Shown here: positions 39,301 through 53,219 of the stretch, in pieces
Position numbering within the stretch: position 1 is the first letter of the stretch
Layout of the letters: each line of letters opens with the position of its first letter
NCBI GenBank assembly: GCA_965285935.1
Contig: OZ260664.1
Coordinates: 95,170,001 to 95,234,000 of the forward strand
Origin: Ophelia neglecta
Taxonomy: Eukaryota
Direction of reading: 5' to 3'
Length of the DNA stretch: 64,000 nucleotides
The notes under the pieces: model-generated
Seen by the model: only the letters and a program-made list of their open reading frames with translations
Database searches by the model: none
What the model was told of the DNA's origin: nothing
Made by a program: the position numbers and the translations under genes

Positions 39301-42300
39301 GAAATGCAAATACGAACATATCTGCTAGAGGACAATATCTGCTGGTATTTCACTGCTTAGTCTTTGTTTCTAGCTAAAGCAATTAACTTACCGGCTTAAC
39401 TCAGATGGCAATTTACAAGACGGCGATACAGCCTCAAATTAAGTCGCTGTAAAAGGTACTTTTTTTCGCAGATTTTTAAGAAAATTTTATTCCTGGGGGA
39501 CATCACAACACCAGCGAATATTGATATCAGTCTTAAATGATCAGGAAGGTGCATCCTAGGATCAAAACTTTAATCTGTCCGCCCATTATTTTCAAACCTA
39601 CTTAGGTGATGTTGTTATAACAATTAGGTTTTACGTTTACTCGTAGGGACGTTGGGTTGATGGAAGTCCCGCGGGATTCACCAAATGGACCAGTTCCCGC
39701 CACACCCTGCAAATGACGTCAGTATACTCTGCTATACCCGGGACAGATTCGTCAACATCCACGTATCACAAAGACTGGTCAGACCTTCTATACAACCGAT
39801 CTCATCGTGTCTTCCCAAACTCGGAGGATGAATGCACAATGGCATTGTGGAATAAAGTTCCCCTCGAATTTGAATGGGTCAGTATTAATTGTAACCAGAA
39901 AATATTGCAATATAATTTAATTTGTGAAAAGAAACACCCGACCGGTAAACACTCAAAAAATGGGTTTCGGACAATTATGGCTGTTTACCTCTATAATATA
40001 TTAGATGCATTTAAGTGGTATGAAAAAACCTCAGCAATTGGACCGACCGTCAGCGCATGGGCTATACTTGATTGTCAATCCTGGAAATTAAGTTCATCTT
40101 TGGGGAGACCCATCTATTTTTACCTGCCTCTGTTTCTTCATATATTAGTTTAAATGCAAAACTTTTAATGAGTGGACATTGTTCTATTTGGAAAAAGACT
40201 ATCATTTCTTCAATGGGAGGCAACAAACCGGGCGGGAACGATAAGCCGTTGGTAGGGGGGATGTACATAACCGTTCTCTATCTGTCGCTTCCTCGCGAGA
40301 TAATTCCACCACAAGATTATGGTGACCCCGTTGATTTGTCCACAATGGTCAGTACAGGAATTGGCCAGTGCGCTTTTTATTGGGTTTATCATAACAACTC
40401 CTGTATCAGACTTCATGACACAACCGGAAGGTATATTGACAGTATTAAAACTGTTAATATGTGTCAAAATAATGTCGCTGTTCACTCACTAGCAATTTTA
40501 TACTCACGCATTATTAATTTTAATATCTGTAACATCTATCAAATATTAATAACAAACATTACTGCTCGTGTTAAATCACAGCTTCCATCTCTATTTATGG
40601 TATCATTTACGCCACCTTCAAATCTCTCCACACCACACCTGCACGAGCTGTTTGTCTGTAAAGACGGACACTATATCCCAGACCTGCACTATCTGGACGG
40701 TACTCCAGACTGCCCAGACGGTAGTGACGAGGTGGCCTTTATAAATGCATGTGACATTCAGGGAAACGCAACATTCCAGTGTGGACACTGTCTGATTGGA
40801 ACATGTGTGTGCATGGAACATTACTACCAGTGTGAAACAGGGGGATGTGTAAAATGGGCGAAAGTATGTGATGGCGTGTTTAACTGTAACACTGGTGATG
40901 ACGAACGGCATTGCAGTTCGACTTTTATTCTAGAATTAGACCAAACGACAAACTTGTCCAGACATTTTGTCTGCAAACAAAGCGGACATGAAATACCCAT
41001 TGACCTTTTGGACGATTAAGTGGCTGATTGTGAAGATTCGGAAGACGAAGCACTCGTCTCCTCATTCAACAGATACGAAACTCGAGATGCGATCACTATG
41101 AAATGTATTAAAACTGGAGGCTTGCCGTGTCTGCACGGACATCCTCGTTGCTACGCCGCTCATTTCATTTGCGTTTATGACCACAATTCGTTTGGACACC
41201 TCCGACATTGTCGGAATGGTGCCCACCTTGCCGCCTGTGGCTTGGTCCAATGTCCGGCCATGTTCAAGTGCCCTGGCACTTACTGTGTGCCTGTTAGAAA
41301 GCTATGTGACGGAATAACGGACTGCCCCGGAGCTGATGACGAACGGAGCTGTCCTACAGCGGCTCTGTGTCCGGGCTTCTTTAGATGCAAAAACAATAAA
41401 TGTGTATCTCTACAGGAAATATGCGATGGAAAATCAGATTGTTCCCCTGACGATGATGACGAGTTTCTGTGTAATACTGTACAGTGTTCCGAGTTGTGTT
41501 CGTGTCTTGGTCGGTCCATTGTTTGCCATCGTAATATTTCGTATATAAACATTGGTGGATACATGTCACTGAGCGTGCGCAATAATTTTGGCAGGCTACC
41601 AATCATTGACGACTACAGTGATCTCATTTCACTCACATTGATGGTTGATTTAAGCGGTAAATTGTCTAATATTTCTAGTATGCCGACACTCTCTTTTCTA
41701 GACCTGGGCAACAACCTTATTACTGAATTGATTGGACAACCATTCAGTTCGTTGCGCAACTTGAGGAAATTATTATTAAGAGGAAATTACATCGAGAGCA
41801 TCAAATCTGACAATTTCTTTGGTTTGAACGAGTTGCGGCTGCTCGATATCTCGAATGCTTATCTGCTACATCTAGATTCTGATTGCTTTACACATATGCA
41901 TAAATTGGAAATTGTTGACCTTTCTTCTAATAAATTGGAGGAAATAGACCCATTATTTTTGCAGAATCTTCCGCCGGGTGTGATATTGAATATCAATGAA
42001 AATCGCATGACTAAATTTCCAAAGAGGTCAGAGTTGATCCAGTCATCCATCCTGTTCATTTCTAATTCAAAATGGGTTTGTTGTTTAATTGGCATAGGTA
42101 AATGTCTTTGGTCTGGTGAGGAACTTGTTTGTGGACAGATATTATCATCTATAGAAATAGGTGCCATTCGTATCATGTCTGGATTGATGCTTATAATATT
42201 TTGTGTGTGTGTTATCCTTCGAGAATCAAAAAGGACTCGTCATATTCTATCCCATTGGTCGTTGATTGGAAATCACATATCTGATGCCACTATGGCCATC

Positions 42301-42996
42301 TACTTAGGCCTTATGTATGTAAAGGATGAGCTTGGTGTTTTCTCTAACGAGGAATACGTGCGTCGTTGGTGTATGGTACTCAGCTCTCTTCAGCTAGCGT
42401 CACTCTGTGGGTGGTCTGCCATGTGTATACTAATGTCTTACGCTTTTTATAAAAGTCTCAGTCTTTTAAAATTGGAACAACAGATGGGTTCTCTAAATAG
42501 TGTTGGGTTTGTATTGATCACATGGCTGTTTGTGTATGGTCCTGTACTTGTTCCCAGTTTGATAGCGCAAATATTCTCTGATGAAGTTCTGACTGCATCC
42601 GAAAACTGTTCTGCCATTTTCCCTACCTCTTCTCCCGGTATAATACACATTGTGTTCCTGATAATTTGTTTACTGTTAAGTTTGATTGCACTGGGAGTGA
42701 CAGCCGGGTTCTTTGGTATGGCGTTAGCTATGGCAGCTAGGTCGGCAAGAAACGTGCAGAAACACGGGGACAAAAAGAGCGCGAATTCATCCTCAACCCG
42801 TGTTGTCATAAGACACTTTGCCTTTACCACTATGATCCCGCTTTGTGGGTGTCTAGTTCTATCTGTTTGTCTACTGACCATCTTAACAATGGGATACTTA
42901 AGTCCATTTACCGGACAGTTGCTCTCCCTCTATGTGTTCCCATTACCAGGATTGATTAACCCGCTCTTCTTCCTGGTCCGAAGGTCCCTATTGTAG
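36326..42996 (+). pseudogene. Receptor copy 4: exon 1 intact (36326-39013), exon 2 (39647-42996) disabled
   Basis: 1-nt deletion at ~40085 (tggaaatta vs tggaaaatta), in-frame TAA at 41017-41019 (TTG in other copies), and a terminal TAG two codons early. Confidence 0.85.
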
Positions 42997-45900
42997 TTGT
43001 AACATAGAAAAGAACAGTTTTTGTGCATTAACAGCAATTGTTTCTTAAAGAACACACTAACTGTATTTGGGCCTATCTCTTATCAAGCACAGTATGCAAT
43101 CACGCACTAATCCTTCCATTATTTCTGGCACCTAAATTGGAACAGTAAGTAAGTAATTCATTTATTTGGCGTCAATAGTACATATTGAAAAAAATATAAA
43201 CTCTTAACCAGCTGGTAAATCCAATATATAATACATATGATGCAACATATGGTCATTATTTATGAATCATACAGTTGGACAGGTATAATACAATGCGAAA
43301 AAATGAGTTTTTCATGCATGAGTATGTGCTTAATACCACAATAGAAGGCATTATAAACAAGAAAAACAAAGAGTCATACATGGTTGCAGTTTGTCTTGGG
43401 AAACCTGTTACATCCATGATAATAAGCATATTCTCCATCTATTGACCGTTGGCGCAAACATTAAATTATCTACAGCAGGTAAAAATACCCTCAGTAGTTT
43501 TTTAACTGTAGGGTAAGCTCTAATGAGTGGTTATATCAAACCAGCCTTACTATGTAATCGGTGGGTAGAACTAAAAGTATTCATGATGAATAGAAGGTTG
43601 CTCCGCCTGGCGACTAAGGTCACAGTTACGACTAAAGACTCGTGTCTTCAGGCTCGCTTTTAATTGCTGATTGGCCGGAAATGAATGTTTACCATTACTT
43701 TCTTTAGTTCTGTTTTTAAAATCGGCATTTTTTGGTATTTTTTTTTCGATTGATATTGAGGTTTTATATACACTGCTTAAGTGTTTAGCGCCATTTGAGC
43801 TCAATTGTTATTATTACTTTTACCACGTATGTGTACAGATTAGTCTAAACAAATTGGGTGTTCGTAAATGGAATAGGCAGTAATATGGAAATAATATTAA
43901 GTTTCGATGACGTTAATGTAACACTATTGAACTATAGTACCAAATGCATTATGTATTTCCTAAAATAAGCTTAGATTATATATTTAGCTGAACATAGTAT
44001 ATGCATTTATTCATATGAATTATAATATTTTGGTAGCGTGGTTTAAGTCAAAAATAAGGTGCATTAAGAAGTCAACCATATAAGTATTGGTTTTGATATT
44101 GTGGTCTGCCATGAGTATCATAATGCCTTTCGCCTTTTACAAAAGTCGTAGTGTTTTTAATTTGGCACAACAGGTTGGTACTCTGAGTAGTGTTGGCTTG
44201 GTGTTGATAGTGTGGCTGTTTGTGTATCGTACTTTACTTGTCCCCAGACTGATATAGCAGACATTGCCTGATGAGGTTTTAACTGCGTCGTTTCTGCCAT
44301 TTTCCCGACCTCTTTTCTAAGTATAATACAAATTTCATAACTGTTGGCGTCCTTTCTTACCTCAGTGTTCTCATCCCTTTTGACCCGAATAATCTGATAT
44401 TATTCTCTCAGCCACCTTTTGTAATCCTATATGTTTCAGTAGATTGTAAACATGATCAAAATTCTAAAGAAAATATATATAGTAACTATTTGTAAAGTAT
44501 CAAAGTAGGCAGGAATGGGCTTGGTCGTTTTGCTTAACAATCCTAACACGTTACGCTGATGGTTTAATGAGACACCATAAACTCTTATTATATTTAATGC
44601 TATTTCTTCAGGGAAAGTTGTGGTGGTACCATTCAAGGTCGTAAGCTCTACCTAGCTTAGGCTTAATGTTTATACTAGCGGCTTTTCAATTGACCACCTC
44701 TTCTTTTGTAAACAGTAGGCATATTGTCCCCAGTTCAATTATCATTTACTGCATAGTTTATCGTATTTATATTTATATTCATTATTTAAATTAACTCACG
44801 AGATGATGAATGTTACCCTATTGAATAAACATAATGATATAATGATCAATTCGATATGTTTACTAATAATTCTATGATGGAACTGCATAAATATATAAAT
44901 CATGCATTATTTCACACTCATTCCATATGTCACATGCATACGTTAACCGCTGTTTTATTAATGAAGTATTGTTCTGCATTATATATCGTAAATATAACGT
45001 TTATAGAGTATAAAGTATAAAAAAGTGGTATCAGTTGAAAGGCAGTAAATACCCTGCAGACTCGGTAGAATGGTTAATAAAGAATAGTTCATACCGCTGT
45101 TGAAGAGCGTACACACCTACCGGTCATTATGATTTCATTCAGTTGTACTTCAGAAAGTTAAACTCTTTTGAATACACAAAGTATTTGAATAGTCCACTTC
45201 CTACATGCATGTGCGTTCTTGCTTATGAGGTCGTTGGGGCAATATAATTACCCTCACACCGCGTAACTTCTTTTATATTCACAGTTCATATACGAGTTAA
45301 AATTCCTTATTAATGTTTTTATGCGGCCAGTGTATGCGGCGGGATTTATCATTGTATATCGACATTATTTGCAGTGCGAATTACCATGGGGATGCTCCAG
45401 TAATACGATGGAATGACGCACATTATAATAACAATCCACCGGTCAGACAGTTGTGTGAGGGTAATTATATTGCCCCAACGATCTCATTGGCAAGAACACA
45501 CAGGCATATAGGAAGTGGACTATTTTAATATTTTGTATATTCATAAGAGTTGATCAGCATGTGACTTTATCTAGAAATCATTTGAAAGATCAATGGTCTA
45601 TAATAACTCTAAAATGGGATATCTACCGGATATATTTCTGTTTGATAAAAGTTGCTTATTCACAATAAATCAACGTTTGTTCTGTGTTATTTATGAAAGA
45701 ACTTGGTAATTGTCATCACATTCAAATTATATAAATTGTCACTAGTCATAAGTTAACAATAATTTTGTGGCACGGCTACTACCAGGAAAGACTGGTAGAT
45801 ATAAAATTTTTGTGTTTGTTTTTGATACTTGTTTGTTTTGGTAAGAATAGGTTTTAAGCAGAATTTACCAGGGAAGAAGAGTTCACTGATTGCCAATATT

Positions 45901-46131
45901 TTTATTTTTATCATTTGAACTGCGCAATACGTACAACGCTGACTCGGTGACTTTTATTTGTTTGTTTAAATCACGCCATAGTAATATTTTACTGCTTCCA
46001 ATTACACTTGATTGAATCTTTTATGATATATATGAATTTATATCTTGGCAAGGTTATTCATAAATACGGCATTGAGGCTGGTTTATGGAAGCTGCCTTAC
46101 CATTCGAGATAAGATTGTCCATTACCTTTAG

Positions 46132-46373
46132 CTGAGACTCGTGTTGATAGGGGTCTGATACCTGTACTGATCGGGGTGCCTGGTCTGAGGGCCGTATTGA
46201 TCGGGGTTTCTGGTATGAGACCCTTATTGATCGGATTTTCCGGTCTGAGACCTGTATTGATCGGGGTTTCAGGTCTGAGGACCGTATTGATCGAGGTTTC
46301 TGGTCTGATACCCGTATTGATCGGGGTTTCTGGTTTATGACCAGTATTGATCGGGGTCTGAGACCCGTATTGA
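46132..46373. repeat. 30-bp minisatellite (~7-8 units, consensus ctgagacccgtattgatcggggtttctggt)
   Basis: tgatcg cores recur every 30 bp from 46168 to 46348. Only about 2 units are present at the homologous sites in spacers 1-3 (e.g. ~9290-9347). Confidence 0.93.
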
Positions 46374-46375
46374 TT

Positions 46376-46757
46376 ATTCGGATGAATTTTACACATTACT
46401 TTCTAAATAGGATCCGTGCAAAGTTCACTAAAGTGGAGAATGTAATAAAGCAACTTTCTCTTGTGGATAAAAATATATACCCAGCAACATTGTACAGAAC
46501 CCGTTGTAAAATAGGAAAGAACCTCAATATCTTTGCTACAGCATAGCTAAAGTGAAACATATTACAGGTCGGCCATGTCCTGAGTAACATGCATTAAGCG
46601 TTAGTATAATTGTTTACTAGTTACACATACAAGGTCCGTCAGTGACAACCAGGCTACCACAAGGCTTACACTTCTGGCGTTTCCAATTACATTATCCACT
46701 TTAGTGAACCTTTCCACGGATCCTTTGTAGAAAGTATTGTGTAAAATCCATCCGAAT
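46376..46757. mobile_element. MITE-like element with ~70-bp terminal inverted repeats
   Basis: 46376-46446 (attcggatgaattttacacattactttct...aaagtggagaatgtaat) is the near-exact reverse complement of 46686-46757. No convincing coding capacity; TSD not resolved. Confidence 0.8.
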
Positions 46758-47491
46758 GAAAATTTGTCTTGTCCTGCTTATATATTTATATTTTAAGCTC
46801 ATGGCCCAAAAGTCCAATTTTTTTTCCAAATTGCACAGACTAATTCAATTTCCTACAATCGTTGCGCGATAGTGATGCTGGCTGTCGACCAAATTTTGCC
46901 ATAATATACAACAAGGTATAATATAAACAGTATTACATTGGATTTCACAAGCTCCAAAGGCATGTGTTATACCTGGAAAAATTAATGGAATATTTATCCG
47001 TGAATTTGGAAAGTGCCCGTTTTAATCCGCTTGTTCGTTTCCCTTGCTCAGTAATTTAGACATCAGGGCTAGGTGCCTTCTGTTCAGGTGAGACAGAAAA
47101 GCACAAGCTCTTACAAAGTCTCGAAGCACGCAACCCATATGATCGAGAAATCAGAGTATTGCTATCAAGGTATGGGAAGTTAACGATTAAAAAGTTAACG
47201 ACGGAAATTTCCTGGCTACATGCAACTTCCCATAATTCAGCAGTCTAGTTAAAGAATCATATATATAATATTCATAAATGAATATATACAAATCTGCAAT
47301 CAAGAGAGCGCAGTTGGTCCCCAATGGAGTATCAATAATTTGGCAGTTTGGACTCTATTTGTTCTGTCATTTTAAGTTTGTGGTGAGCACACAAGAATAT
47401 TCAAGTCCTGTCCTCCTGTTGTCATTGAACGTTTCAGAAACAGTTCGAAAATTCGGTAGAGAAGATAACATCAGATAATAGTGCGCGGCTG

Positions 47492-50400
47492 GTGCGTTTG
47501 TTAGGGTGTCTAACAGGAACTGCACGTCAGGCAGTCGAGAGCTGTGCAACCATGGATCCAGAAGTTGGTTACAAAAGGGCTATGAAGATCTTAAAGGACA
47601 GGTTTGGTGATAACTGCATAATTGTACAGGCATGGATGGCAAAAATTGGTAAGAAGGTAAAAGTGAAAGGCAGTGATGCACTGAGACAGTATGCCGACGA
47701 ACTTGTGTGCCTGAAAGATACTTTGGTAGGAATGGGCCAGTTGCATGAAATTAATTCTCAAACAAATTTGTTAACAATTGTTGAAAGGTTACCTGTTTTC
47801 ATACAGAATAGATGGAAAAAATGTGTAGGTGACATACGAGAAAAGGGTAAAACTCCTGATATTTATGATGTGGTCAATTTCATATGTCAATGTGCAGAAG
47901 AAGCCAATGATCCTGTGTACGGTCACCTGGGGTACCAGGAAAACAAGTCAGCACAACAGAATAAAGATAGAATATGTTTTAATACTGGTATTGTGAAAGA
48001 AAACAAATGTCCAATGTGTCAAAATGCTCATTCATTGTTTGGTTGTAATGCATTTAAAGGATTGAGAACTGATCAACGCAGAGAATTTGTACGAACAAGT
48101 AACTTATGTGTAAATTGCCTTTTACCTGGCCATTGGGCCAAAAACTGTAAAAAACCTACTGTTTGCACTGTGAATGGTTGTGGTAAGAAACACACAAAGT
48201 TTCTACATCCAGTTGACAGAAATTTGGTAGCAGGTAGTGAACAACAAAGTGGTGTTAATGCTAACAATGGTGTCACTGGTCAAGGTGTAAATCGTGGTGG
48301 TTATACTACAAATGGTGGGTATGTATCAAATGTAAATCGCACAGGTGAACGCCCGGCAGCTCGTCCCGCCAGTAACCAAAGATACAGTAGTCAGGGCGTG
48401 GGCAATTTGGGTACAAGGGTTGGCAGTTCTGGTGAATGTTGGCATACTGGGGCCGGGGATGGCAAAGTTGCATTGCCAGTAGTGGTTGTACAGGTGAGAG
48501 CTGCCGATGGCAGTCAACCACCTATTGAAACATATGCTTTGCTAGACAGTGGTTCCACGAGCACATTCTGCTCGGCAGAGTTAGTTGCAAGAATGAACAT
48601 ACAGGGTGTGTCTGAGACAATGACAATGACAACTTTGCATGGTAAATCAGTTTTTAAGGACACACAGGTAGTGGCACTTGAAGTTGGTGATATAAATAGT
48701 CAAAATAAAATGGTCAAGTTATCAAGAGTATTTGTCAGGGATTTGCCAATTACGAGAAATAGTTCTGTCACAAAGGAAGAACTGAATGGTTGGCCACACC
48801 TGAAAGACATAGAATTTTCTGACATAGGTAATACTGGTAAACACAGAGTTGAATTGTTAATTGGTCAGGACAATCCCGAATGTTTGATACCATTAGAGGT
48901 TAGGGCAGGCGGCTGGCAGGAACCATATGCTACTAAGACTAGCCTAGGCTGGACCTTCAATGGTCCTATGGGTAATGGACAAGACCATGTAGTGTGTTAC
49001 ACACTGTCAGAAAACAAAACACTTGAGAAACTTGTAGAGAACTTTTGGAAAACAGAGGGTTGTATGTTAGATGAAGTCCCAAGTCTGTCAATCGAGGACA
49101 GAACGGTTCTCAACATATGGACTGAAAGCATAAAAACTGTTGAGGGTCATTATGAATTGCCTATCCCATTTCGGTCTGAAACTCCTTGCTTGCCTGATAA
49201 TATCAAAATGGCAGAACATCGGCTTAAGATTCTAGGTAAGAGGCTGGAAAAGGATGATGGCATGCGAACAAAGTATACAAAGGGTATTGAAGATTTGATT
49301 CGTAATGAGTATGCTGAGAAAGTTCCTGCCACTGCCATTGATCGCCAAGATGGCAAGGTTTGGTATTTGCCACATCATCCTGTGGTAAACTTGAAAAAAG
49401 GATAAGATCCGCATAGTTTATGATTGTGCTGCTCAATTTCATGGTATATCATTAAACAGTCAGGTAATGCAAGGACCAGATTTGTACAACTCCCTAGTTG
49501 GAGTCCTGCTAAGGTTTAGGCAGGAACATATAGCCATTATGGCTGACATACAAGCAATGTTCCATCAAGTCAGGGTGCCTGTACAAGATAGGGACGTGCT
49601 CAGATTTCTATGGTGGGCGCACAATGACTTTACAGAGAAGCCCGAAGTCTATAGGATGACAGTTCACCCATTTGGTGGTGTGTGGTCGCCAAGCTGTGCA
49701 GCATATGCCCTGAAACAGGCTTGCAATGATAATCCCCATTATGACCCAGAGGTAATCAAAACAATTGAGAGAAACTTTTACGTTGACGATTGCTTGAAGG
49801 CTGTGAATTCTACCGAAAAGGCTGTTTATTTGTACACACAATTATGCCAGCTGCTAAATTCAGCTGGATTCAAATTGACAAAATGGCTAAGTAATACCCA
49901 AGAGGTGATCAGTAGTATCCAAGCTGCAGAATGTGCAAAGAGTGTTGATTTAGAGGTTGGTCAGGTAAATATGCCCATGGTAGAAAGAGCCTTAGGGGTA
50001 CATTGGGATGTTGAGAATGACTTGTTCACATACAAGATAGCATTGAAAGACAAGCCCGTTACAAGACGCGGCGTTTTAAGTGTGGTCAGTTCTGTCCATG
50101 ACCTTCTTGGATATGCGGGGCCATACATTCTCCTAGCCAAGTAATTGTTGCAAGATATATGTAAAAAGGGTATGGGATGGGATGATCCTTTGCCAGAGGA
50201 AGAGAAAGCTACATGGGAAAAGTGGATGATAGAATTGCCACAACTAGAGAGGGTGCAAATACCAAGGTGTATAAAGCCTTTGCAATTTAGAAATGTTTCT
50301 CTGATAGAGCTTCATCATTTTTCCGATGCATCCGAGTTTGCTTATGGGACTGCAAGTTACCTCAGAGTAGTGGATGATACAGGGAATATTTGCAGTTCAT

Positions 50401-52385
50401 TGTTGCTAGGTAAAACACGTGTAGCTCCCCTGAAATCCAAGTCAATACCCAGGCTAGAATTGGCGGCAGCAGCATTGCTGGCTAAACTAGATAGATCTCT
50501 AAAAACAGAACTAGATGTGTCTGTTGATAAGTCTGTGTTTTGGACTGACAGTATGGTGGTGTTGAAATACATAAGCAATGAGACCAAAAGATTTCAGACA
50601 TTTGTGGCCAACAGAGTGGCAGCCATTCGTGAGCAGTCAGAACCTTCTCAGTGGAGACACATAGATTCCAAGCTTAATCCAGCTGACATAGCCTCACGAG
50701 GCATGAGAGCAGGTGAATTAGTAGATAGCAATGTTTGGTTTCATGGACCAGAATTCTTGGGTCAGGCAGAAAACTATTGGCCTGGTACTTTATCACCTGA
50801 GCAGGTAACAGACACAGACCCTGAGGTGAAGAAAGAGGTAAAGATATTTGTTGTGACTGATGAAGATGATAGCATAATGAGGTTATTCCAAAAAATTGAG
50901 TGTTGGTACAAACTAAAGAGAGCAGTGGGTTGGATCTTGAAAGTAAAGGAGAAGCTATTGAGGCAAATTAGAGTGAAACAGAATAAAACTGCTGAGACCG
51001 TGTTAGACAGTGAAGGCTTGACAGTAGAAGATTTGAAAAGGGCTGAGATAGCTATTGTTCATTATGTTCAAAGGATTAGTTTCCCTGGTGAGGCTAAATC
51101 ATTAACATCTCATGGCCATGTCAAGATATCTAGCCCAATAAGAAAACTCCAACCAGTGTTGAATGACCTGGGTGTTATGGTTGTTGGTGGTAGACTTAGC
51201 CAGGCGCCTATACCAAGTGACATGCAGCATCAAATAATTATGCCAAATCAACATCCTGTAACTGAAGCTATCATCAGACAATATCATGATTTATCGGGGC
51301 ATTCAGGAACAGAACATTGTCTCTCCCTTGTACGTGAGAGGTTTTGGATTATTAAGGGTAGAACAGCAATCAAACGAGTACAGAATCAGTGTTTTGATTG
51401 TCGTCGGAGACTTGCTCCAGTAGAACAACAAATAATGTCAGACTTGCCAAAAGTTAGAATTACCCCACGATTGCCCCCTTTCAGTTTTGTTGGACTTGAT
51501 TATTTTGGGCCCTTCTTTGTGAAAAGAGCTCGCAGTTTGGTCAAGAGATATGGTTGCGTGTTTACGTGTATGGCATGCCGAGCTATACACATAGAAGTGT
51601 CGTTCACTTTGGATACAGATTCATTTATCAATGCCCTGCAGAGATTTATTTGTAGGCGGGGTAAGCCCTTGGAAATAAGGTCAGACAATGGTACAAACAT
51701 AGTTGGTGGCCAAAGGGAGCTCAAAGCAGAAATCCAGCGGTGGAATCAGGACAAAATAAACAATTTTGCACAACAGAAAGAAATCAAATGGGTATTTAAT
51801 CCTCCCACAGCCTCCAACATGGGAGGGGTCTGGGAAAGACAAATCAGGACAATTAGAAAAATTATTTGCGCACTTATCAAGGAACAAATAATTGATGACG
51901 AAAGTTTGTGTACATTCTTGTGTCAGGTAGAGGCTATTATTAATGGCAGACCCATTACTGCAGTATCTGATGATTGTACTGACCCTGAAGCATTGACACC
52001 TAATCACATGCTTCTTTTGAGAAGTGGTCCACAGATGCCCCCTGGAGTTTTTGACCGGGCTGATTGCTACAGCAGAAAACGATGGCGGCAAGTACAGTAC
52101 TTGTCAAACATATTTTGGAAAAGATGGGTCAGAGAATACCTGCCTGATTTACAGAGGAGGCAGAAATGGTTGAAGCCAGGTAGAAGTCTACGAGTGGGAG
52201 AACTCGTTATCATTCATTCTGAAAACACCCATCGCAATAGTTGGCCATTGGGGAGAATATCTAAGGTTTTTCCAGGTACAGATGGGGTTGTGAGGTCAGC
52301 ACAGGTTAACACTTCGAGCTCATGCTTAGTGAGGCCCGCAAATAAGCTATGTTTGCTTGAAGCCGTTGATGAATATAGCCATTAG
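47492..52385 (+). pseudogene. BEL/Pao gag-pol polyprotein
   Basis: Three ORF pieces. A frameshift lies at ~49400 (HHPVVNLKK / [11 protein letters not shown]) and an in-frame TAA at 50142-50144. Confidence 0.92.
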
Positions 52386-52882
52386 TTTAGTTAAGTATTA
52401 AAGTTAAAGAAGTTGAATAATATGAGAAAACTACATAATTTGAGAAGTAAAGTTCCACGTATTGTGAAGCTTAAGGGTCATTGATGTCATTAATCATGCA
52501 AGTGTATGTACGTAAAGTGAATTTCCATGTAAACTCGAGCTATTTTTGTTTGGTCCTAAGTGTATTAAATGGGATGCTATTGTAATGCTCAGGTAATAAT
52601 GTCAGTCTAAGCCATAGACTGTTCTCAAGGTATAGCCTATATTGGAAGTTACCGTAATGTTTCTTGTATAGGCCGCAGTATGTTAAGTCATAGGACTAGT
52701 GCTAAGTGAGAATAAATGTATTGGGTGATGAGAGATTTATCATTGTAAGCGAGAATAACGGAGAGTTATGCTTGTTATTGGTTGATATAGCCATAGAAGT
52801 TTGGCAGGTATTATGTAGAATTGAGGTGTGCATTCCTATTCATGTCAGTGTGTAAATTCTTTGCTACGAATTTAGGGGCCGG

Positions 52883-53219
52883 TGTTGGGAATGTAATGCT
52901 TTGTAATACTTACGATTTGGCTTCCAAATTAGTAGTATATAATTGAGTTTCTGTAACTGGGTAACTTACCTTGTTCCAAGGTCAACATTCCACGGGACTC
53001 TCTTTGTGAACAGTCAAAATGTATTTGGGTTAATGTAAATCAGTCAGCGGACAGCACTTCCGGTTGAGTGCGGCACCATGCTGATTGAACCCTTTACTTT
53101 ACCCGTCACCGTCACGTGTTTTTCCTTGTCACCGTCATTCATGGATTGACCAAATAAAGAAGGTGTATAATACATTGGGAAGACTTCTTGTTCTTGACAA
53201 ACCAGTAGCAGAGGCTACA
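52883..53219 (+). repeat. Putative 3' LTR of the BEL element
   Basis: Follows the PPT-like tttaggggccgg, begins TGT, contains AATAAA (~53153) and ends ...ggctACA. There is no second LTR to confirm the boundaries. Confidence 0.55.

Larger units (their letters stand above)
1..45400 (+). repeat. Tandem array of four ~11.3-kb receptor-gene units
   Basis: Equivalent splice donors end exons at 2195, 13738, 27704 and 39013. Spacings are 11543, 13966 (=11309+2657 internal duplication) and 11309. Exons, introns and spacers all align between units. Confidence 0.97.
47490..53219 (+). mobile_element. BEL/Pao LTR retrotransposon, 5'-truncated and disabled
   Basis: Gag triple zinc knuckle (CPMCQNAHSLFGC; CVNCLLPGHWAKNC; CTVNGCGKKHTKFLH), protease LLDSGS, RT FYVDD, Pao RNase H LHHFSDASEFAYG, integrase GLDYFGP/SDNGTN/WERQIR, in the order gag-PR-RT-RH-IN. 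No 5' LTR seen. Confidence 0.95.

Noticed and set aside
1-45400. Whole array being an assembly artefact
   Set aside because: Units differ by many substitutions, indels and structural variants. Copies 3 and 4 are very similar but carry distinct lesions; read-level confirmation is still advisable.
46097-46396. 99-aa ORF with PETPINTGLR repeats; also considered as a CRISPR-like array
   Set aside because: It is a translation of a 30-bp minisatellite: contiguous units, no unique spacers, no cas genes, eukaryotic context.
49390-49410. Programmed ribosomal frameshift in the BEL polyprotein
   Set aside because: It falls inside the RT region, and BEL/Pao elements typically have one gag-pol ORF. A small deletion is simpler, and a further in-frame stop shows decay.
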